A DNA stretch of 64,000 nt from a phage, in assembly GCA_011939005.1 (NCBI GenBank), contig GCA_011939005.1_4858.1; one strand, given 5' to 3'. The position numbers and the translations under genes are program-made. Positions 58,501-64,000 of this stretch are shown one piece after another; position 1 is the first letter of the stretch, and every line of letters starts with the position of its first letter. The notes beneath the pieces are model-generated. The model saw only the letters and a list, made by a program, of their open reading frames with translations, was not told where the DNA came from and did not search any database.

Positions 58501-59795
58501 GGCTCGGCTTTAACTTCGAGTTTCTTAGGATCGATGGTCAGACCTTCGCCGTACGTCTCTTTAGGATTGTACGGGTTGGGTAAGTTTACGAAACGTTTAG
58601 AAGATTCGTTCAGGAACTGATACGCTTTGGCGGTGACGCGGCCCGCTTCTGCCAGGCGCTCAACTTCCTGTTTAATCACAGCATCGTGTGGGATGGTGCG
58701 TTCTACGACGATGGTGGTTGGTTTGACATCTTCTTTCGGCGCTTCGATGACCAGATCTTCTTTCTCATCGAACTCATGATCGTTCAATATATCGTCAACG
58801 TTGTCGCTTTGTGTTGCTTCATCGTCGACGATATCGAGGGTTTCTTCCGGTTTACTGGCAACGGCTTCAACAACATCGTCGTCCTCTCCCAGATGTACGC
58901 GTTCGTCCCCTTCCGGTGTAACGAACTCGTCATCTTCGTAGTCGGTAGACGGCGGTGTGGTCATCACAGTAGTCAGTGTACGGTAGAACATTCTGCCCAT
59001 CTGCACGTCAGTCAAACGACCGCCGGCAGACTTACGCATTCTTTCAATTACACCCATGTTCATGGATGTAAAACCACCGTTGTGCGTGAAGATAAAGTTC
59101 ACACGTGACAGCTGGTTCATGTCCATACCGTCAAACAGGGTTGCTTGCTGATCGCCGTAAGCCCAACCGAACAGTTCCAGTAACCACAGCAGGTTAAAGT
59201 CCTTAAAGCGCTCCAGTTTGGTTTTAACACGATCGTTATACGTCATTTTAAAACGATCGAAAGAAGGCAGTACGTTACCCAGTTCGATGATGTAGTAGTT
59301 CTGACGCATGTACTCACGTGAGTCAGTTTTCATCTGGTTAGTTATCAGCAGCTGAATGTTGTGCAGACGTTCGTACCAGGACATCAGAGTATCAGGGTAG
59401 AAATAATGCGGCAGCATCGGGGTGTAGTTTTCGATGAGCAGCACTTTCGGATCTGAACGCACCACACCATCTTCAATCATGCGACGAATACGACGGTTGT
59501 TACGATGGTACTGGAAGATTTGACGTTCTTGGCCAACAACAGGTTTCTTACGCGGATGGCCAATAATGCCGTCTTCAGGTAGCTGGAAGTGATGGCGAAT
59601 CATCGCCGGTTTTTCCAGCTGGCCAAAACACGGTGTAGTTAACGGCGGCGCTAAAACCACCTGGTCTAAATCGATGGTGTGGTAGATAGAACCACGTGGG
59701 AGCTGGAGCTTCTCCAGCGGGATAATACGCGGACGACCGAACTCATCGGTCTTGCGCACGGTAAAGCGCTGGTTAAACTGTTTCAGAAAAATCAT
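55590..59795 (-). CDS. multisubunit RNA polymerase beta-like subunit (1401 aa)
   Basis: GTWVANGVEY (compare beta GTFVINGTER), GGTGGRNRK...TVDNGDVGI (compare GPGGLTRER...ETPEGPNIGL), KRGDKLPAGAVIT (compare GDKMAGRHGNKGVIS), in the same N-to-C order as bacterial beta; directly downstream of a beta-prime-like gene. Confidence 0.5.
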   Translation of the reverse strand: MIFLKQFNQRFTVRKTDEFGRPRIIPLEKLQLPRGSIYHTIDLDQVVLAPPLTTPCFGQLEKPAMIRHHFQLPEDGIIGHPRKKPVVGQERQIFQYHRNNRRIRRMIEDGVVRSDPKVLLIENYTPMLPHYFYPDTLMSWYERLHNIQLLITNQMKTDSREYMRQNYYIIELGNVLPSFDRFKMTYNDRVKTKLERFKDFNLLWLLELFGWAYGDQQATLFDGMDMNQLSRVNFIFTHNGGFTSMNMGVIERMRKSAGGRLTDVQMGRMFYRTLTTVMTTPPSTDYEDDEFVTPEGDERVHLGEDDDVVEAVASKPEETLDIVDDEATQSDNVDDILNDHEFDEKEDLVIEAPKEDVKPTTIVVERTIPHDAVIKQEVERLAEAGRVTAKAYQFLNESSKRFVNLPNPYNPKETYGEGLTIDPKKLEVKAEPKKIERLVTDEAWAENTTDQIIRQYNQEIFPKDILGAVASSQRLGLAIHNHTVEKEISVTGNIEHHTLRIQPIGGEPTTVRFSIPALTEDGTWVANGVEYTMRRQRVDLPIRKVSHDTVALTTAYGKNFVRRSDKVVNDYGRWLTNAIITRAVDPKNTEITDAKLANVFDPLSKLPRQYTEVARRVAAFNAIGYQWNFDIKQKAAFFNEGQLADADRVELVPVAKKPRSHVIVGMDKNSQLYRVDKDKTEPLGTLAEVFGVDTSKAPREMTELSLMGKSISLGFVFSYYLGLTGMLKHFGISYEVLSVGQRIDKGQFDSIIRLQDAKIAIVCENDQQRMIVNGLDRYIKHFTTYTESEVDREDIYLNLLRDADGLTPRYIKELKLMRTAFVDDMHARILRKMGEPETFIGLLERSNELLQTDHTLPEINGDEMMFIGNQRISYHIYTAMVRAMRNYNNAPNSNRKFELTQDMVWGAINSDPSVLLAPGANPVQNIKEKDVVTMGGTGGRNRKTMVYSTREFQPSDLGIISGNTVDNGDVGITAFATNNPRYDTVDGTTFKKDLDKLKPGEALSFIDGLVPDTLMDDAKRQNFVGIQFGSATSCVGATTTPYRTEQEKFVAHRTSVKHARVIDKPGKIVEVLNDHVKIKYDDGEEEAFPLGRWFGPHEGTYYPHTLVTKWKRGDKLPAGAVITYNEQHFEPDIYDPTQVSFKNGILATVALIEGEEVIEDSNAISERFAAKAEADVTKLKEVTMTFTQNLLEMVKEGDHVDVDSILCTFTDNLTGDMSGFSKEAAETLRELSSFAPRSGVRGFIDKIEVVYHGEVEDMTPSLAEMVRKYDRIRRKTALALKRDEPKDGRVNGDFRVEGVPLAYNSLCVRFYITHRVEMAAADKMVIANQLKTTVQEVMYGTNKTEDGQELDIIFGRDSVDARIVGSIMRIGTTNAVGYRGGENIGRILDGEDVPALPAKIN

Positions 59796-59813
59796 ACATG
59801 TGCCTTATGGGTA

Positions 59814-61427
59814 TCATTTCAACAGCGCAGCAGTCGTTCTTTTAATCACGTTGTTAACCGGATTGATTTTGAAACTGCCGTCTGTTGCAAACCAGTAGTT
59901 TTTCGAACTGACCCACTTCCGATTTTCCTCGAGCGCTTCGGTTGACATCGGGCAGTTTGCTGAGCCGGTGTCACCATCGTAGTCACCACCCAATCCACCT
60001 AATCGGGATGGATGTGGTGCCATGGATTCCACAAAGGTTTTCACGGTACGGTCAGGGAAACTAATTGCACCCTTCTCTTTTAACGTGACCCAATCGTCTT
60101 CCAGTTCATGCAAATAGAGGGAAGAAGTGGTGGTCTCCAATCTTATGGTCGAGGAGTAAGTCGAACCGCGTCCCGTAACCGGATAACGCGTGATGAACGA
60201 GAAGTAGTCATTCCAAATATCGTAACCTGACAAATAGAGGAGTTCTGCTAAGCTCAGTCCGCGGACAAGCTTACGGTCACGTCCTTCCGGCAGGTCTTCA
60301 ATATCGTAAAAGATTTTGAAGCTGCGTTTGTCTTGGTAGATTAATGCCACGTAATGGTCCGGATCAATCATCAGCGGTTTATGTCGAAGCTCGCGCGCTT
60401 CCATTCTGTTGATGAGTGTTTCGATGCCATCGTCGGTAGTGAAAAGGTCATACACCCGCCCGGAGACTTCCAGGAACTCACGCTTGAGTGTTTTGGTGTT
60501 AACGCCGTATAAGTTGCCGTCCCCTGCCCGGATGTTACTGAGGTAACGTTCACGGATGTGGTATTGCGCCACAGGCAGTAATGCCTTCAGGGTTTGGTAC
60601 AAACCGATACGGGTATCCGTTGGACGAATCGCATCTTCGCGACCCATGACCTTGGAACCGGTTGAGAATGAAGACAGCACGTTACGCGTACCGTTCATTA
60701 ATTTACGTGACGTCACTTTACGACGTGCAAAACCACCTTTACCGTCTTGGATGTTGAAGAAGTACATCCAGATGTCATTAAAGGTTTGTTGGAGCTTCCA
60801 GCGAACCGGGTCAGTCAGTTCCGTTCGCGTACTGCGGTCGGGGATTGCACGTGCCAGAGAAATCAGACGGCGGTAGAGTCCGCCAATCTCTTCTTCTTGG
60901 TCGCGGCCATCCTGACGAATGACCAAATCACGTAATCCTGCAGGCAGAACCAGCACATAGCGGCTGAGACTGACCGGACGGAACTTATTGAAGAAATCGA
61001 CTGTCTCGTCGCGACGCATCGACTCGTTGCGTCCCGGAGTCAGTTGTTCGTAGTAGCGTAGGAAGAAGTTGAAGCCGGTGTCTGCACCTTTATCACTGGG
61101 CAGAGCCGGCTCGAAATCTTTTTCTTTCTCATTCCAGATAGCGAATCGCTTCCCGGAACAGATTTCTTCGTACAGCTGTTTCAGCTGGAACAGTGCCAAA
61201 CAAACGGTCGGCGAAATGATATCCAGTTTGATATCAATGTACGAGAACGTTGAGTCTCGTGCCTCGCTCCCTGTGAGGCCAAATATTTCGGTTGAATACA
61301 GTCCTTCAGGGTGAAAGTTTTTCGTCAGTCCCTGAAAGGTGTCTGTTGTTGTAACTGGTTTTAAATGCGACACCAGGGACTTGTTGACGTTTAACAAGTA
61401 AAAGTCAACCCAGTTTAGCTTTCTCAC
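59814..61427 (-). CDS. multisubunit RNA polymerase beta-prime-like N-terminal subunit (intronless paralog)
   Basis: EGLYSTEIFG (compare DGLFCEKIFGP), LPAGLRDLV...GGLYRRLISLA (compare IPPDLRPLV...DLNDLYRRVINRN), catalytic GDYDGDT (compare NADFDGD); ends about 40 aa after the catalytic motif. Confidence 0.7.
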   Translation of the reverse strand: MRKLNWVDFYLLNVNKSLVSHLKPVTTTDTFQGLTKNFHPEGLYSTEIFGLTGSEARDSTFSYIDIKLDIISPTVCLALFQLKQLYEEICSGKRFAIWNEKEKDFEPALPSDKGADTGFNFFLRYYEQLTPGRNESMRRDETVDFFNKFRPVSLSRYVLVLPAGLRDLVIRQDGRDQEEEIGGLYRRLISLARAIPDRSTRTELTDPVRWKLQQTFNDIWMYFFNIQDGKGGFARRKVTSRKLMNGTRNVLSSFSTGSKVMGREDAIRPTDTRIGLYQTLKALLPVAQYHIRERYLSNIRAGDGNLYGVNTKTLKREFLEVSGRVYDLFTTDDGIETLINRMEARELRHKPLMIDPDHYVALIYQDKRSFKIFYDIEDLPEGRDRKLVRGLSLAELLYLSGYDIWNDYFSFITRYPVTGRGSTYSSTIRLETTTSSLYLHELEDDWVTLKEKGAISFPDRTVKTFVESMAPHPSRLGGLGGDYDGDTGSANCPMSTEALEENRKWVSSKNYWFATDGSFKINPVNNVIKRTTAALLK

Positions 61428-61456
61428 TTTTAAGCTCCTGAATTGGAAGAAACATT

Positions 61457-64000
61457 ATGGCAAAAAGAGGCAAAGACGGTTTCGATGATATCGATTTAGA
61501 TAGACTCGACGACTGGGATGATTTCGGTGAACCACCCCGTCCCAAAGACGAGAAAAAACGAAGCCCGATACTCAGTACCCTGAATGTTGCCAGGAAGTCG
61601 GCGTTGTCAACTATCTGGCCAGAAGGGAAACGCGACCAAGTTATCCTCAAGGGGATGCCTAAGCCGGCAGCTGATGCATACGAGGGTTATCAGTCAGCGG
61701 CAGCTGCAGCAAAGGACATTTACGCCCATACGAAAGGGGAGCTTGAGAAGACCGAGCGCACGCTGAAGATGCAAGCGCGCCAACTCGGTCCGACGATGAA
61801 GAAATACTTGCCGGATGCAGTTACTAAGCGCTTCGACAAGTGGTCAAAATCTGACCAGTTAGATTACCAGAACTACGATCCGAATCAGGCATTGATGGAT
61901 CGTGAACTGGGCGACGTATTCTCAGGTGTGCCAAAGGACGCCGACGAACAACGTCAGCTGCAGGACCGCATGGTAGAGGATAAGCTCCGCGACAGCATCA
62001 AAGAGATGCGCGCGGATGCAATGCACCAAACCATGATTGGAATGGCGAAGGACATTAACCTGTTAACCGGGTTAAGCCGTGGGGTATTCTTAAACATCGA
62101 GCGTAAGAAACTCGAATTGCAATACCGTACCCTGTTCGCCATTCAAGACATCGTGAAGATGAAGCAGTCGGAGTTCGATCGTAACACGCCTGCTTTAGAA
62201 GCCATCGTGAAGAACACGGCGCTGCCAGACTACGCGAAGGAAGATTTCTCAGAAGTCCGTTGGGCAAACGTTAAACGCCAGGCTGCGGAATGGATGAACC
62301 CATTGCGTTATGCTGACGGGTTTATGGACATGATTCGCGAAAATACCAAGAAGAAAATTTCTGGTATATTTGGCGAAGGTCGTGGTTTGTTAGAGTCTGT
62401 TCTCGGCATGGGTGTTGAAGACGATTTCGGCATGAGCGATAGCTCTTCGTTGACTGCCGAACGTCGCAAAACAAATGCTCGAGATAAAGCAACTGCATGG
62501 GGTAGCGGATTCCTTGCGAAGAAACTACTCGGCCCACAAATCGAGAAACTCCAGAAATGGACTCGTGAGGAGATGGAGAAAAATCCAGAGGTCATGAAAC
62601 GCCTGCAGAAGGGCGCGTTCACCTTTGGTAATCTTTCCTCTATCTCGAACTCAGCTATCGCAGGCGAAACGCAAGGACCGTTGGCGGATTTGTTCCGGGT
62701 ATTGAATGAACTCGGTATTGTCCAACCGTTAAACCGTGAGAAAGCCTTCCTTGACGAACGTAATGGCGAAACGTTAAGCCGTTCGGCGAAATTTGACCGT
62801 AAAGCATATCTTAGCCTGGTTGAAGTTATTCCTGCCTGGCTGGCAGAGATTAACAAATCTGTTCGTCGGGGTTATGGCGAACATGCCGACCTGGAATACG
62901 ACATCACTAGTCGTGGGTTCGTAGACCGTAAAGTGGTCGGTAACCGCGTACGCAAGGCGGTTGCAAACGATGAACAACGCCTGCGTCTCCAAAATTCCAT
63001 TAACAGCACTGTGGATTTTGTTGACCGCGGCAAAACGCTCTCGCAGAAGGATCGACAGCATCTCGCCGACTATATCGAGTCGCGAGCCTCGCAGGGCCGC
63101 GCATTCGACGTAGAAGCGATTCTGAAAGACCCGATGCATCTTCATCGGTATATGCCAGGAAACGCCGCAGAACGCATTAAGGAAGCGTTACAGGGGCATT
63201 CTGATAGCTTGGTCGGCGGTAGCAACGAATTAAGTAACGAGCTGGCCCGCAAAATCTCCACAGTGCAGTCATCTATCACCCAACGTCAGGCAATTATCGA
63301 CGAGGCGGTGAATATTTACGGTGAGCGAGCATTGCGCGATGCGGGTATCTTTAACTACGACGCGAAGAGTGACACTTTCGGCGTGGATAAAGACCTGTCC
63401 GATCCCTATACCTTGTTTAATGACTTGGCGATGGGCAAGACACGCAGCGGGCGTGCATTGACTCGTGACCAGGAGATTCAACGTAAGCTGCAAAATGGTT
63501 CGGCGTTAGGCGACTATCTGCGCCGAATGAACCAAGGGGCAAGTGGTGGTGCCGATGACACGTCGTTGCCGCCGGCTTTACGTGGCGGTGGTAAAGGCCG
63601 CGGAATGTCGCCTCGGCAGTTAGCCGCAGTTCTCTACGGTGAAACCTCGACTAACTTTGTTGAATTGTTGAGTCAACGTAACCGTGGCGAAGAAGCACCA
63701 CGGAATAACTTTGACGGTATCATCGAAGCGATTCGGGGTAATAACAACAGTGACACCCTCCAGAAAATTCTGGAACACGTCAGAAGTATGGACGAAGAAG
63801 GGGTTCTCCTGGCTTCGTTAGCAGGGGGTGCTGGTTCTGGTGACGAAGAGATGGGACCACCTCGTCCTGGTGGTGGTAGCGGTGGCGGTAAACGCCGCCG
63901 TATTATCATCGGTGAGGATGGGCTTATTCGTCGTTGGGGCGGTGTGTTGTTCGACACTGCAGCAGGAATCGGTGGCTTTGCAAAACGTGGTGTTAAAGGT
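61457..64000 (+). CDS. hypothetical large protein, 5' portion (ORF continues past window end)
   Basis: Frame open from ATG 61457 (MAKRGKDGFDDIDLDRLDDW...) to the window end with no stop seen on hand translation; Gly-rich segments near the end; not in ORF track because no stop lies in the window. Confidence 0.5.
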   Translation, partial: MAKRGKDGFDDIDLDRLDDWDDFGEPPRPKDEKKRSPILSTLNVARKSALSTIWPEGKRDQVILKGMPKPAADAYEGYQSAAAAAKDIYAHTKGELEKTERTLKMQARQLGPTMKKYLPDAVTKRFDKWSKSDQLDYQNYDPNQALMDRELGDVFSGVPKDADEQRQLQDRMVEDKLRDSIKEMRADAMHQTMIGMAKDINLLTGLSRGVFLNIERKKLELQYRTLFAIQDIVKMKQSEFDRNTPALEAIVKNTALPDYAKEDFSEVRWANVKRQAAEWMNPLRYADGFMDMIRENTKKKISGIFGEGRGLLESVLGMGVEDDFGMSDSSSLTAERRKTNARDKATAWGSGFLAKKLLGPQIEKLQKWTREEMEKNPEVMKRLQKGAFTFGNLSSISNSAIAGETQGPLADLFRVLNELGIVQPLNREKAFLDERNGETLSRSAKFDRKAYLSLVEVIPAWLAEINKSVRRGYGEHADLEYDITSRGFVDRKVVGNRVRKAVANDEQRLRLQNSINSTVDFVDRGKTLSQKDRQHLADYIESRASQGRAFDVEAILKDPMHLHRYMPGNAAERIKEALQGHSDSLVGGSNELSNELARKISTVQSSITQRQAIIDEAVNIYGERALRDAGIFNYDAKSDTFGVDKDLSDPYTLFNDLAMGKTRSGRALTRDQEIQRKLQNGSALGDYLRRMNQGASGGADDTSLPPALRGGGKGRGMSPRQLAAVLYGETSTNFVELLSQRNRGEEAPRNNFDGIIEAIRGNNNSDTLQKILEHVRSMDEEGVLLASLAGGAGSGDEEMGPPRPGGGSGGGKRRRIIIGEDGLIRRWGGVLFDTAAGIGGFAKRGVKG

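Noticed and set aside
55590-59795. 1401-aa protein as beta-prime C-terminal half
   Set aside because: No bridge-helix or trigger-loop motifs seen; the matching motifs are beta-type, so it is called beta-like instead.

Overview
This window reads as a densely packed, mostly leftward-transcribed segment of a large tailed phage with phiKZ-like features; all calls are from reading the sequence and ORF translations by eye, with no searches run. Supporting the phiKZ-like reading: two paralogous RNA polymerase beta-prime N-terminal subunit genes, a beta-like large subunit, a terminase large subunit, a sheath/tube-like gene pair and an HslV-like peptidase. The most interesting feature is that one beta-prime-like gene (10958..13957, minus) appears split by a ~1.4 kb group I intron carrying an HNH homing endonuclease. 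Other signals: a 15-nt motif (AGATAATATCTATCT) recurring eight times, mostly just upstream of operon starts; a ~4.9 kb almost gene-free island (28.9-33.7 kb) with a tRNA-Trp, two degenerate tRNA-like elements and an AT-rich imperfect palindrome flanked by alternating CG tracts; and many hairpin terminators with cUUCGg-type loops. Most other ORFs are hypothetical; functional calls rest on short motifs and are hypotheses.
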